From contig NZ_DAIESY010000042.1 in assembly GCF_027346185.1 (NCBI RefSeq), positions 1-63,861 of the forward strand: a stretch of DNA of 63,861 bases, written 5' to 3'. The DNA is from Halothiobacillus sp. GTDB lineage: Bacteria; Pseudomonadota; Gammaproteobacteria; Halothiobacillales; Halothiobacillaceae. The position numbers and the translations under genes were made by a program. Below are positions 36,299-46,681 of the stretch, piece after piece; within the stretch, counting starts at the first letter, position 1; every line of letters starts with the position of its first letter. The notes beneath the pieces are model-generated. The model worked only from the letters and a program-made list of their open reading frames with translations, was not told the DNA's origin and did no database searches.

Positions 36299-39200
36299 TT
36301 GAATCACACTCCCCCCAAGCCACCATTACCTAGCAATGAAAGCGAGCGTTTGCGCGTCATGCGTGAGCTTGATTTTCTCAATGACGAACTCAATGATTTT
36401 TTTCTGCGTAAAGTAAAAATACTCTGTCGTGTGTTCGATGTGCCGATCGCGTTAATGGCATTAACCTATGAGCACCATCAACACTTCAAGGTGGTATTTG
36501 GGCTTGATCTTGATGGCATTGAGCGCGAAAAGGCGCTGTGCTCATTCACACAACTTCCTCCTTATGATCCTTTGGTGATACCCGATACCCGGCTAGATCC
36601 ACGTTCCCAAGACTCCGAGCTGGTAACGGGGGCTTATGGTGTGCGGTTCTATGCCGGGGTAGCGCTTGTGCTCGACGAGCAGTTTGCTGTGGGTACGCTG
36701 TGCATTATGGATACCGAGCCCCGCTCGTTTTCTGCTGATGAGCAAATCCTGCTCCAGGATTTTGCGCTCAATCTGTCTGAGGTGCTGCAAGCCAGGCTCG
36801 ATGCCGAGCGCAGTGCCGAACTGCAACGCCAGAACGTGCGGGTCGGGCTAGAGCTCAATACCATTTTGCAGACGGCTGCCATCGGGATCATTCGTATTGA
36901 TAAGCATGGGCGAATCGAGGCAGTCAATCCCAAAGCTCGAGCGTTGTTTGGCTATTCCGAACAGGAAATGCTCGGGCACAATGTGTCCATGCTAATGCCA
37001 GAACCCTGGCGCAGCGCCCATGATGGCTATTTGATGCGGTTTTTGGCGACGCGTGATCCCAAGGTCATCGGGATTGGTCGACGGGTCGACGGTGAGCGCA
37101 AGGATGGATCGCGCTTTCCGTTTAATTTGGCAGTCAGTGAGTTGCGCGTCGATGGCGTAAGCCAGTTTGTGGGCTTTGTATCGGATATCAGCGACCAGTT
37201 TGAGGTCGAACAAGCCCTGGAGCGAGAACGGGCGCTGCTGCGCTCGGTTATCGATAGCTCGACCAACCCCATTGCGGCCGTCAATGCCGCGAACGAGTTC
37301 ATTCTACTCAACACATCGTTTGCTCGTCTGCTTGGCAAGCCAGTTGAAGCTGTGCTGGGGCTTAAGTCCGAACTTTTTTTGCCGCCCCAAGCCATGAAGG
37401 TTAACCGTGAGACTAATGCGCGTGTCTGGGCTTGCGGCTCATCGATTTCCACTCGAACGCCGATCGAGATTGCAGGCCAAAAGCGTGTCTTTGAAACCAA
37501 TAAATCCCCTTTGCGCGATGAACAGGGCAGGCAAATCGGCGTTGTGACGGTTGCTCAGGATGTCAGCGAGCTCGATCGTATCACCTCCGATTTACTGGCG
37601 ATGCAGCAGCTGCGCGATATGAGCGAGCGCTATGGTCAAAGTGGATCATGGGCATTGGATCCGCTCACCGATCGCGTCAAAATCAGTGCCGGTTTGGCCC
37701 GCTTATTGGGGCTTGAGCCAGAAACGACAGAAGCAGAGCGTCGGGTCATCTTTGAACGCGTTCATCCCGAAGACCGAGCTGCCATTGAAGCGGCGTTCAC
37801 GCAGGAGTTATTCGAGGGGCAATCAATTCGGTTCGCGTATCGTGTACGCGATGCCAATGGCGATTGGCGCCACCTTCGTGCTCGAGGCAATGCCATTTTT
37901 GATGATGGCGGGCAGGTGACTCAGTTTGTCGGTATCACGCAGGATGTGACCGAAGAGGTTCGTGCGCAGGAAAAAATGGATGCGCAGCAACAACTGCTTG
38001 GTGGGCTGAACAAGGCCGTACAGTCCTTTTTAACCGCTGTGGCTGGCGATAAAAGTGTCTGGTCGCAATTGCTCGGAGAATTGCTTGCCGTTACCGATGC
38101 CGAATTCGGCTTTATTGGCGAAGTACTCTATGGCATCAAGTCCACACCGTGCCTGAAAATTCACGCCATCACCAATCTGTCCTGGAGTGCCGAATCCGAT
38201 GCGCTCTTCGAGCGCGTGATGGCCGGTGACATGATGTTTTGCAATCCAGACAACCTCATCGGCGAAGTTATGAAAAGCCGCGCGCCGGTGATCGTGCCTG
38301 AACTGGCAACCGATTCGAGGCGCGGCGGGTTCCCTCCGGGGCATCCGCAATTGAGCAATTATCTGGGCATACCCTTATTCCGTGGCGAGGAGCTGGTTGG
38401 TGTTCTGGCGATTGCCAATCGCCAGAAGGGTGTTGGCAGTGAACTTGTTGATTTTTTAACCCCCTTCGCCAGCTCCTGCGCGATTTTGATCGTCAGCCTG
38501 CGCCAGCAATTGGAGCGCATGAAATTCGAGCAGGATTTGATTGAGAGCAGAAAGGCAGCCGATCGTGCGAACAAGGCCAAGTCCATGTTCCTCTCCAGCA
38601 TGTCGCATGAGTTACGCACGCCGCTGAACGCAATTCTCGGGTTTACCCAACTGATGGCGGCCAGTCGTCGGGAGCCATTAACCGAAAAACAAAGCGGATT
38701 TGTCTACCACATCCTCAAAGCGGGGCAACATTTGTTGACGTTGATCAACGATGTACTGAATCTGGCGAAAATCGAAGCCGGTGAGATGACGCTCTCGCTG
38801 GAAACGCTGGATTTGGGCGCTATTTTGGTCGATGCATTGAATATGGTGGCGGATAATGCCGTCTCGACCAGCATTGCGCTGATCAATGAACTCGACTCTG
38901 CGCCATACGCAACCAAGCCGCTGTTGATTTGCGCGGACTTAACGCGATCCCGCCAAGTGCTGATCAACGTGTTGACGAACGCGATCAAATATAACCGTGT
39001 GGGTGGTTCGGTTCGGGTGCGGTATTTGCCCGGTCGCCAGAACGATGCCGGCGCATGGCTGCATGGATTGGCGATTGAAGATACGGGCATGGGTATTCCC
39101 GCTGCGCAACAACATCGCCTGTTTCGTCCCTTCGAACGATTGGGTCAGGAAGCGGGCACCATTGAGGGGACAGGGATCGGCTTACTGATCACCCGCCAGC

Positions 39201-39769
39201 TCATCGAGTTGATGAATGGCGAAATCCGCTTTGAAAGTGAAGAAGGTAAAGGCACCACGTTTTTTATCTGGTGGCCGGCGGCTAAAGAAGGCAATGCCTG
39301 CGGCGAGCAGCCCGCTTCGGAGCAATCCAATGAAACGTTTGCGCCAAACAACGCGGTTTCGGTTGAGTCGGTAAAAATCACTGTGCTTTATGTTGAAGAT
39401 AACCCCTCCAACAGCGCGCTGATGCAAAGTATCGTGGACGACCGCGAAGACATAAGGCTTATTCTGGCACCCGATGGCGAGCAGGGCCTGGAGCTGGCGC
39501 TGACCGAACAGCCCGATCTGATTTTGATGGACATCAATCTGCCGGGTATGTCGGGCCAGCAGGTGGCCGCGAAGCTCAAGCAATGGGTGGATACCGCGTC
39601 TATTCTCATTGTGGCGCTATCGGCAGATGCCACCGCGCCGATGCAGCAGTCGGTGAAGCAATCGGGTTTATTTGATCGCTACTTAAGTAAGCCGATTGAT
39701 GTGATGCAATTAACGCGGCTATTTGATGAATTGATTGCCGGTCGCTCTGCCGATGACCACGGTTTTTGA
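36299..39769 (+). CDS. Soluble hybrid histidine kinase (GAF-PAS-PAS-PAS-GAF-HisKA-HATPase-REC)
   Basis: VRFYAGVAL GAF; FixL-like PAS NVSMLMPEPWRSAHDGY..IGIGR..RKDGSRFP; MSHELRTPLNAILGF; NAIKYN; GTGIGL; LMDINLPGMSG. TTG 36299 assumed (ORF opens at 36254). Confidence 0.92.
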   Translation: MNHTPPKPPLPSNESERLRVMRELDFLNDELNDFFLRKVKILCRVFDVPIALMALTYEHHQHFKVVFGLDLDGIEREKALCSFTQLPPYDPLVIPDTRLDPRSQDSELVTGAYGVRFYAGVALVLDEQFAVGTLCIMDTEPRSFSADEQILLQDFALNLSEVLQARLDAERSAELQRQNVRVGLELNTILQTAAIGIIRIDKHGRIEAVNPKARALFGYSEQEMLGHNVSMLMPEPWRSAHDGYLMRFLATRDPKVIGIGRRVDGERKDGSRFPFNLAVSELRVDGVSQFVGFVSDISDQFEVEQALERERALLRSVIDSSTNPIAAVNAANEFILLNTSFARLLGKPVEAVLGLKSELFLPPQAMKVNRETNARVWACGSSISTRTPIEIAGQKRVFETNKSPLRDEQGRQIGVVTVAQDVSELDRITSDLLAMQQLRDMSERYGQSGSWALDPLTDRVKISAGLARLLGLEPETTEAERRVIFERVHPEDRAAIEAAFTQELFEGQSIRFAYRVRDANGDWRHLRARGNAIFDDGGQVTQFVGITQDVTEEVRAQEKMDAQQQLLGGLNKAVQSFLTAVAGDKSVWSQLLGELLAVTDAEFGFIGEVLYGIKSTPCLKIHAITNLSWSAESDALFERVMAGDMMFCNPDNLIGEVMKSRAPVIVPELATDSRRGGFPPGHPQLSNYLGIPLFRGEELVGVLAIANRQKGVGSELVDFLTPFASSCAILIVSLRQQLERMKFEQDLIESRKAADRANKAKSMFLSSMSHELRTPLNAILGFTQLMAASRREPLTEKQSGFVYHILKAGQHLLTLINDVLNLAKIEAGEMTLSLETLDLGAILVDALNMVADNAVSTSIALINELDSAPYATKPLLICADLTRSRQVLINVLTNAIKYNRVGGSVRVRYLPGRQNDAGAWLHGLAIEDTGMGIPAAQQHRLFRPFERLGQEAGTIEGTGIGLLITRQLIELMNGEIRFESEEGKGTTFFIWWPAAKEGNACGEQPASEQSNETFAPNNAVSVESVKITVLYVEDNPSNSALMQSIVDDREDIRLILAPDGEQGLELALTEQPDLILMDINLPGMSGQQVAAKLKQWVDTASILIVALSADATAPMQQSVKQSGLFDRYLSKPIDVMQLTRLFDELIAGRSADDHGF

Positions 39770-39844
39770 AGGCTCCTCTGGTTAAAACAGAGCTTCCTCA
39801 AAATCGGCCAAGGTTAGCGATTATCAACGACAAGGAAATTGAGC

Positions 39845-41695
39845 ATGGCGCCCGAAAATAATGCACTCGATCCCCAAGGGGAGGCGCCACAAGTGCTCGA
39901 CGCGCGAATTTTGATTGTGGACGACAATCACGCCAACCTTGCGGTGTTGGCCGAGTTTTTAGACATGGAAGGCTTCACCCAGGTAACGACCGAGAGTGAC
40001 CCGCGCCATGCGGTAGCGCTATGGCAAGAACAGCCTTTTGATTTGTTGTTGCTCGATATTCGTATGCCGCACATGAATGGGCATGAGGTCATGGCGGCGC
40101 TTAAAGCCACGCTCAAACCCGATGATTATCTGCCCTGCATTGTCCTGACCGCACAAATGGATCGGGAAACGCGCCAAGCGGCTTTGGCTGCGGGTGCGAT
40201 CGATTTCATTTCCAAGCCATTTGATTTTGAAGAAACGCTCAAGCGTATTAACACAGCCTTAAACACACGTTTACTGCACCAGCAAAAACGCAATCAACTC
40301 TCCGATTTTCGTCGACGTCTCGAAGAGCAAGCCTTCGAGCTGCAAGAAAAAGAACACAACCTTGACTATTTGGCCACTCACGATTCGGTGACGGGCTTGC
40401 TCAATCGCCGTGCACTCACCGAACGGCTGCGCTCACAGATGATCATGGCGCAATCCGACGCGTTCAGTTGTGCCCTGGTTGAGGTGACCGATTCGGATCA
40501 ATTTCTGCTAATTGAAGGCGTTGAATCTGTTGATTTTTTCTTGAGAACCGTGTCGACTCGTCTCAAAATGATCATGGACGATCACTTTGGCATTTGTGGT
40601 GTTTGGGGTGGGCAAACCTTTCTTTGTGCCTTGCCGTTCGCCGGTGAGGCCGCAGGTAGCGTGTTTGATCGTCTGGCCAAGGCCGTATTTGCACCGGTAG
40701 ACGATTTTGATGTTGTCGTCACGCTGCACGGACGAGGTGGTTATTCCAGTGTTCGGCCAAAAGAAGTGGAAACGCAGCAGGCTATTGACGCCACCGTGCG
40801 CCGGGCGGGATTCGCGCTTGCCAGCCAACACAAACGAAGCAATCTGGTGGTGGAGTTCAACCAGATCATGGAGGACACCGCTCTGCGGCGTAATCTGTTG
40901 GAGCGTGAACTCGCCCTGGCGATGGCGCAGGAACCAACGCAGTTTTTTCTGCAATTTCAACCCAAAGTGGATTTAACCCACGAGACCATCGTGGGCGGTG
41001 AGGCGCTGCTTCGCTGGCAGCATCCGGAATTGGGTTTTATCTCGCCGGTTGATTTTATTCCCATTGCCGAAGAAAAAGGCCAAATAGAAGCACTTGGCCT
41101 GATTGTGATCGAGTACGCTTTGCAGTTTGTGCGCCAGATGCAAGCGGAACTGGGGCGTGCGGTGCCCATTGCGGTGAATGTATCGGGCGTGCAGCTTGAG
41201 TTGATGCAGGCCAAGGGGCAAAGTTTCGTCGCAGAAATCCAGCGCCTGTTGAGTCAATACGCCGTGGCACCATCGCTATTGGAGTTGGAAATTACCGAGT
41301 CGGCGTTGATGATCGGTTTCGATTGGGTCATCGATACGCTGCACCAGTTGCGCGCTATGGATATTTCGGTGGCCTTGGATGATTTTGGTACAGGCTATTC
41401 CTCGTTCGCCTATATACAGAATCTGCCGATTTCCACCCTGAAAATCGACCGTGCCTTTGTCGATAATGCTGCAAACAGTCCACGCCAAGCTGCGTTATTG
41501 GGCGCGATTGTACGCATGGCGCTGGATCTTGGCCTGACGACGGTAGCCGAGGGCGTGGAAACGCTGGAAGACATCATGCTTCTTCGGCAATTCAATTGCC
41601 CGATTGCTCAGGGCTACTATTACAGCCGCCCGCTCATGCCCGATGATTTCATCGCATTGCTTCGGCAACCGAGTTGTGCCCCTGCCGTGTCATAA
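39845..41695 (+). CDS. REC-degenerate GGDEF-EAL c-di-GMP phosphodiesterase
   Basis: LDIRMP receiver; HDSVTGLLNR with GGQTF in place of GGDEF; intact EALLRW, ELEITES, DDFGTGYSS, KIDR, AEGVE, QGYYYSRP. Confidence 0.92.
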   Translation: MAPENNALDPQGEAPQVLDARILIVDDNHANLAVLAEFLDMEGFTQVTTESDPRHAVALWQEQPFDLLLLDIRMPHMNGHEVMAALKATLKPDDYLPCIVLTAQMDRETRQAALAAGAIDFISKPFDFEETLKRINTALNTRLLHQQKRNQLSDFRRRLEEQAFELQEKEHNLDYLATHDSVTGLLNRRALTERLRSQMIMAQSDAFSCALVEVTDSDQFLLIEGVESVDFFLRTVSTRLKMIMDDHFGICGVWGGQTFLCALPFAGEAAGSVFDRLAKAVFAPVDDFDVVVTLHGRGGYSSVRPKEVETQQAIDATVRRAGFALASQHKRSNLVVEFNQIMEDTALRRNLLERELALAMAQEPTQFFLQFQPKVDLTHETIVGGEALLRWQHPELGFISPVDFIPIAEEKGQIEALGLIVIEYALQFVRQMQAELGRAVPIAVNVSGVQLELMQAKGQSFVAEIQRLLSQYAVAPSLLELEITESALMIGFDWVIDTLHQLRAMDISVALDDFGTGYSSFAYIQNLPISTLKIDRAFVDNAANSPRQAALLGAIVRMALDLGLTTVAEGVETLEDIMLLRQFNCPIAQGYYYSRPLMPDDFIALLRQPSCAPAVS

Positions 41696-41752
41696 TGCAC
41701 CCTTGCTTTCGTTCTCCACTTTTTTGCCCTCATCTTATTTAGAACTTACACC

Positions 41753-43015
41753 ATGTCTGATTCCAAACTCGATCCCCGCCAAGCGGCTCTCGATTACCAT
41801 GAGTTTCCCCTGCCGGGTAAAACCGCAACGGCCATCACCAAGCCGGCGCAATCCGCCCGTGATCTTGCGCTGGCTTATTCACCCGGCGTGGCTGAACCCG
41901 TTCGTGCCATTGCCGCGAACCCGGATGATGCCTATCGCTATACCAACAAGGGCAACCTTGTGGCTGTGATTTCCGATGGCTCGGCCATTCTGGGTCTCGG
42001 GAATCTCGGTGCGCTGGCGAGCAAGCCGGTAATGGAAGGCAAGGCGCTTCTGTTCAAGAAATTCGCGAACATCGACGCGATTGACCTTGAAGTGGAAACC
42101 CAGGAGCCGGGGGAATTCATTGATACCGTGCGTCGGTTGGGGACGAGTTTCGGCGGCATCAATCTGGAAGATATTTCCGCCCCGCGTTGTTTTGAAATCG
42201 AACGCGCGTTGATCGAGGCGATGGATATCCCCGTATTCCACGACGATCAGCATGGCACGGCCATCATTATCGCCGCCGGTTTGGTCAATGCATTGAAAAT
42301 TCAGGGAAAAAAACTCGAAGATATTCGATTGGTATTGGTGGGCGCGGGTGCCGCCGGTACGGCGACCTTGCGATTGTTGCTGGATATGGGGCTAAATCGC
42401 GAGCAGCTGCGCGTGGTGGATAAAGTCGGCGTCCTGCACACCGGTTTGACCGATCTGCCGGCACACCATGCCGCCGTAGTGGCCGAAACCGATGACCGGA
42501 CACTTGAAGATGCCCTGCGTGGTGCCGATGTGTTCCTCGGACTGTCCGCACCGAACCTGTTGAGTGCCGAGATGCTCAAAAGCATGGCCGCTCGCCCGGT
42601 GGTGTTCGCGCTGGCCAATCCGGATCCTGAAATCCGCCCGGAATTGGCGCACAGCGTGCGTGATGATCTGATCATGGCGACGGGACGCAGCGATTATCCC
42701 AATCAGGTGAACAATGTGCTGGCGTTCCCGTTCATTTTCCGTGGTACGCTCGATTGCCGCGCATCGCGCATCACGCCGAACATGAAAATCGCCTGCGTCG
42801 AGGCGCTGGCGGCGCTGGCGCGTGAACCCGTGCCCGAGAGCGTGCTGTCGGTCTACGGGGTCGATACATTGACCTTCGGCACCGAGTACATTCTGCCCAA
42901 GCCATTCGACCCGCGCCTCATTGAGCGGCTGCCCGCCGCAATCGCTGCCGCCGCCGAGAAAGACGGCGTGGCGCGAATGGCTTATCGGCCTTATCCGTCT
43001 TCATCGAACGCGTGA
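41753..43015 (+). CDS. NAD(P)-dependent malic enzyme (MaeB-type, without PTA domain)
   Basis: LAYSPGVA, KPVMEGK, NLEDI, FHDDQHGTA, GAGAAG, TGRSDYPNQVNN; 420 aa. Confidence 0.93.
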   Translation: MSDSKLDPRQAALDYHEFPLPGKTATAITKPAQSARDLALAYSPGVAEPVRAIAANPDDAYRYTNKGNLVAVISDGSAILGLGNLGALASKPVMEGKALLFKKFANIDAIDLEVETQEPGEFIDTVRRLGTSFGGINLEDISAPRCFEIERALIEAMDIPVFHDDQHGTAIIIAAGLVNALKIQGKKLEDIRLVLVGAGAAGTATLRLLLDMGLNREQLRVVDKVGVLHTGLTDLPAHHAAVVAETDDRTLEDALRGADVFLGLSAPNLLSAEMLKSMAARPVVFALANPDPEIRPELAHSVRDDLIMATGRSDYPNQVNNVLAFPFIFRGTLDCRASRITPNMKIACVEALAALAREPVPESVLSVYGVDTLTFGTEYILPKPFDPRLIERLPAAIAAAAEKDGVARMAYRPYPSSSNA

Positions 43016-44034
43016 GCGAACATTCGTTGGCGCAGCAAGATATGTATCAGGTTATGTCTGAACCGACATCTTCGGGTTCGTCGCCTGCCGTGAGCCGTGC
43101 TTGGCTCATCGACTCCCACGCGCAGATCTGGCGAGCATGGCACGGGGCGGATAAAACCCGTGTTGATGCCGATGGCCAGCCTGTCGGCGCGCTTTTAGGG
43201 TTCGCCGATGCCTTGTTGACACTGCTCGAATCGGTGTTCGACCAAAACATCCAGCCACCTGTGGCGCCTCATGCCGAGCATGGGCCCGTGATTGTCTGTA
43301 CCTTCGATGCACCGTGCAATCGCAGCTTCCGGCAAGCCATCTACCCCGCATACAAGGCCCACCGTCCGCCCGCACCCGCCGAGCTGACCGCACAACTCCC
43401 GCGCTGCCGCGCCCTGGCCGAGGCGGCTGGCCTCTGTGCCATCGATCATCCGGGCTATGAAGCCGACGATGTAATCGGCACCCTCGTGCAGCGTTTGCGC
43501 AAACGAAACCGTGCCGTCACCATCATTACCGGCGATAAGGATCTGGCCCAGTTGCTGGGGCCGGATGATCGCTGGTTCAACCCGATGCGGCAAAAAGTGC
43601 TGGCGTACGGCGACGTGGAACGGCACTTTGGCGTTAAACCGCAGCAAATCGCGGACTGGCTCGCACTGACCGGGGATACCGCCGACAATATCCCCGGCGT
43701 GCCTGGCATCGGCCCGCGAATTGCCGGTAATCTGCTCAAGAAACACGGCACGATCGATGGGATTTACGCCAATCTGGCTGCTGTATACGGCATGAAATTC
43801 CGCGGGGCGCCGCGCGTGCAGAAACTGCTGGCCGAAAATGAGCCCTTGGTGCGTTTGTCGCGCCAGCTCACCGGCATTGTGTGCGATCTGCCCTTGAACC
43901 TTACCCCTTCCCCCTGGTTGGGTATCGGCGAGAATCTGCCTCAACTTCTGCGTGCGGCGGGTGTTGATGAGTACCGGATCGCCCGCTGGGCGCGGCTGCC
44001 CCGGTTTGAGAAATCGCAATCGGTTGCCGCCTGA
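43012..44034 (+). CDS. Stand-alone 5'-3' exonuclease / flap endonuclease
   Basis: [48 protein letters not shown] (H3TH). Confidence 0.9.
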   Translation: MSEHSLAQQDMYQVMSEPTSSGSSPAVSRAWLIDSHAQIWRAWHGADKTRVDADGQPVGALLGFADALLTLLESVFDQNIQPPVAPHAEHGPVIVCTFDAPCNRSFRQAIYPAYKAHRPPAPAELTAQLPRCRALAEAAGLCAIDHPGYEADDVIGTLVQRLRKRNRAVTIITGDKDLAQLLGPDDRWFNPMRQKVLAYGDVERHFGVKPQQIADWLALTGDTADNIPGVPGIGPRIAGNLLKKHGTIDGIYANLAAVYGMKFRGAPRVQKLLAENEPLVRLSRQLTGIVCDLPLNLTPSPWLGIGENLPQLLRAAGVDEYRIARWARLPRFEKSQSVAA

Positions 44035-44038
44035 TGAC

Positions 44039-44581
44039 ATGTTGATTGCGTTCAACAAACCATTCGATGTCCTCTCGCAGTTCACGCCGGAACCCGGTTC
44101 TTCCGCGGCCACACTGGCCGATTTCATCAATCAGCCGAATGTCTATGCGGCAGGTCGGCTGGATCGGGATAGCGAAGGATTGTTGCTCCTGACCGATGAT
44201 GGTCGTTTGCAGGCGCGACTCACGCAACCCGATGCCAAGCAGCCCAAAACCTATCTGGCTCAAGTTGAGGGCGAAATCACGCCGGAGGCATTGAGTCAAT
44301 TGCAGGCCGGTGTGGTGCTCAAAGACGGCAAAACTCGCCCTGCCGCGGCGCGTGCCGTGCCGGAACCCGACTGGCTTTGGCCGAGGACACCGCCGATTCG
44401 CCTTCGAAAGAATATCCCGACCACCTGGATTGAATTGACGATTACCGAAGGCAAAAACCGCCAGGTGCGCCGGATGACAGCAGCGGTTGGTTTCCCGACA
44501 CTTCGCCTGATCCGTATTGCCGTGGGCGGCTATCGACTGGGCGAACTTCAGCCGGGTCAATGGATTCATATTGAGCCATAA
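44039..44581 (+). CDS. rluE: 23S rRNA pseudouridine synthase E
   Basis: [50 protein letters not shown]. Confidence 0.9.
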   Translation: MLIAFNKPFDVLSQFTPEPGSSAATLADFINQPNVYAAGRLDRDSEGLLLLTDDGRLQARLTQPDAKQPKTYLAQVEGEITPEALSQLQAGVVLKDGKTRPAAARAVPEPDWLWPRTPPIRLRKNIPTTWIELTITEGKNRQVRRMTAAVGFPTLRLIRIAVGGYRLGELQPGQWIHIEP

Positions 44582-44617
44582 TCAACATTTGAGCGAATAA
44601 GTCGGAGGGTGTTGGTG

Positions 44618-45157
44618 ATGTCTGTCTCTTTGAACAAGCAAGAAAAATGTCTGCGCCGTTTTCGCTGGCAGACCTCGATTGCATTGGTCGGTGTGGCTTC
44701 GGTGACGGGCGCCGCGTTCGCCGATCCGGGTGATGTCGTCACGGTCAAACGACTGGGTATGCCGCTGGCGGCCAAGATCGCGGAAAAGGCGGTCGAGGTC
44801 TGTCAGGGGCGTGGTTACAACGTCAGTGCCGTCGTGGTGGATCGTGCGGGTGATCCGCAAGTGGTGATGCGGGGTACGCAGGCGAATCGGTTTACGATTC
44901 AGATCGCCACCGACAAGGCGCGTGCGGTTATTCTCTCGGGTGTGGATTCCAGCGTGTTCCGGCGCAACCGTGAAGACATCCGTATGGAGATGGATCATGT
45001 GGATGGCCTTCTGGTGCTGGATGGCGGCGTGCGGATCGATTCGGCGGGCACCTTGATCGGCGCGCTGGGCGTCAGTGGCGCGCCCGGCGGCGACAAGGAC
45101 GAAGCTTGTGCCCGCGCAGCGGTTGAAGCCTACGTCGGCCGATTGGATCTGCCCTGA
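44618..45157 (+). CDS. Exported GlcG/HbpS-family haem-binding protein
   Basis: Signal peptide; VSAVVVDRAG, ATDKA, GGVRI...GALGVSGAPGGDKDEACA. Confidence 0.88.
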   Translation: MSVSLNKQEKCLRRFRWQTSIALVGVASVTGAAFADPGDVVTVKRLGMPLAAKIAEKAVEVCQGRGYNVSAVVVDRAGDPQVVMRGTQANRFTIQIATDKARAVILSGVDSSVFRRNREDIRMEMDHVDGLLVLDGGVRIDSAGTLIGALGVSGAPGGDKDEACARAAVEAYVGRLDLP

Positions 45158-45170
45158 TCCACCACCGGCG

Positions 45171-45893
45171 CTACTGCTGGCTGAGCGCTGTGTCCGGGCG
45201 CGCCAGACAGGTTGGTAAAACGGTGCCTTTCAGCGTGATGGTGGCCGTATTGCCCTTCGACCAGAACACCGTGGCCGGGTCGTTTTCAGCAACGTAGCGC
45301 GCGCCATCGGCAGACACACTCCGATTTAGCCTGATCGTCTGCCCCTCTATCACCATCGTCACCGAATCTGTTTGGCCGGATACTGTGACCGGTATCGACC
45401 CGCACATCATCGCGGTTGTGAACCCTTCGGTTTCAAATGGTTTGAGCATCACGACGCCAAGCTGCGGCTTGTCCGTGCTGACCGTGATCGGCTCGGAAAT
45501 CCAGATGATCCGATTGGCCGAAACAATGCTGGCGCGCAACAGGTAAGGGTGGTTGACCATTAACCGTCCCTTGGGAATCAGCAATTGGAAATCGATAGGC
45601 ACTTGCTTGCCGTTCAGCGGGATATGCTCTTCGGTGATCAGTTGATCCGGCTGTGTGCCGTCATGCAGTTCGATGACAGCGGTGCTGTCGGTTGGCAAGG
45701 CGATTCGCGCCTTGTAACTGAGGCTGCCTGTGAACACGGTATCGGTTTGGGTTACCGCCGGAGTGGCGCCGAAAAAGGGGAATGAAGCGCATCCGCTGAG
45801 CCCCAACAGGGTGACACCCAGCAGAGACAGAACAGCGAAAAAGCGGGTTCGAACAGACCAAGTCAGGGGCGTGGACGACAATTTGTAATGCAT
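45171..45893 (-). CDS. YbaY-family lipoprotein fused to an MliC-like domain
   Basis: AGGAG RBS; lipobox LSGC; GSLSYKARIALP, QVPIDF; C-terminal SADGARY..FWSKG..C. Confidence 0.8.
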   Translation of the reverse strand: MHYKLSSTPLTWSVRTRFFAVLSLLGVTLLGLSGCASFPFFGATPAVTQTDTVFTGSLSYKARIALPTDSTAVIELHDGTQPDQLITEEHIPLNGKQVPIDFQLLIPKGRLMVNHPYLLRASIVSANRIIWISEPITVSTDKPQLGVVMLKPFETEGFTTAMMCGSIPVTVSGQTDSVTMVIEGQTIRLNRSVSADGARYVAENDPATVFWSKGNTATITLKGTVLPTCLARPDTALSQQ

Positions 45894-45934
45894 GGTCAAC
45901 TCCTGCTGAGAATGAATCGGCTGATTGTACTTCT

Positions 45935-46076
45935 GGGCACCTCGAAAAACCTACTGCGCGACCCGATTGCTGCGTTGGGCGGTGCTCGCTCCATCGCCTA
46001 TCTATTTGATATGTCTCGGCGCTGCGCTCCGGCCGCCTTGCACTCGGACCGCTCGTGACGGTTTTTCGAGGTGCCC
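45935..46076. mobile_element. MITE family B, 142 bp
   Basis: Perfect 17-bp TIRs GGGCACCTCGAAAAACC (45935-45951) / GGTTTTTCGAGGTGCCC (46060-46076); flanking direct repeat TTCT (45931-45934, 46077-46080). Confidence 0.85.
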
Positions 46077-46201
46077 TTCTGTCCGGGATTCCCTGCCTGT
46101 TGGCGTTATTGATGATCCATTCCCTATGACCAATATGTTTTTATAGCTATTCTGGTTATGATGTCCAAATGTGGCAAATTGATGCAGGAAAGGGGTGGTT
46201 T

Positions 46202-46681
46202 ATGAGCGAGTCTCAAGAAAGTACGCATGTTTATCGGCATGGTCGGGGAACGGATGAAAGTCACCGTCGCGATCAGGCCCTGTTCAAACAACTGCTGATC
46301 GACCATAAGCAGCTTCGGCGTGAAACCGAGGCGTTGCCGAACGGCATTCGTGTGCAGACGACGAGCGAGAACCCTGAGCTGGTTCGTATCATTCAGGAGC
46401 ATGTCGAAGGGATGAAAGTTCGGTTTGGCAGTGGCCGCGCCATTCGGTCATGGGACCCGTTATTCAGCGCCCTGTTCGAATACCGCGAAGAGATTTCCAT
46501 GGTCTACCGGAACATAGAAAATGGCGTAGAAGCGGAATTGACGGCGGATGATCCCAAATTGATCGAGCTGATCCATGCCCATGATCTGACATTGCATCAG
46601 TTCGTTGAACGGGGATTCGAGGCCTCCCGGCACGCGAGCCCCGTCCCTGAATGGGTGCAGGAGGCTTACCGGTCGGCTTGA
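46202..46681 (+). CDS. Hypothetical His-containing protein with internal duplication
   Basis: Two similar halves LPNGIRVQTTSENPELVRIIQEH / IENGVEAELTADDPKLIELIHAH; 159 aa. Confidence 0.75.
   Translation: MSESQESTHVYRHGRGTDESHRRDQALFKQLLIDHKQLRRETEALPNGIRVQTTSENPELVRIIQEHVEGMKVRFGSGRAIRSWDPLFSALFEYREEISMVYRNIENGVEAELTADDPKLIELIHAHDLTLHQFVERGFEASRHASPVPEWVQEAYRSA

Noticed and set aside
36293-36300. T8 tract at the hybrid kinase start as a phase-variation site
   Set aside because: The run is short and there is no evidence of length variation from a single sequence.
46171-46186. Possible sigma54 promoter TGGCAAATTGATGCA upstream of the 46202 gene
   Set aside because: GG-to-GC spacing is 9 nt, not the required 10.
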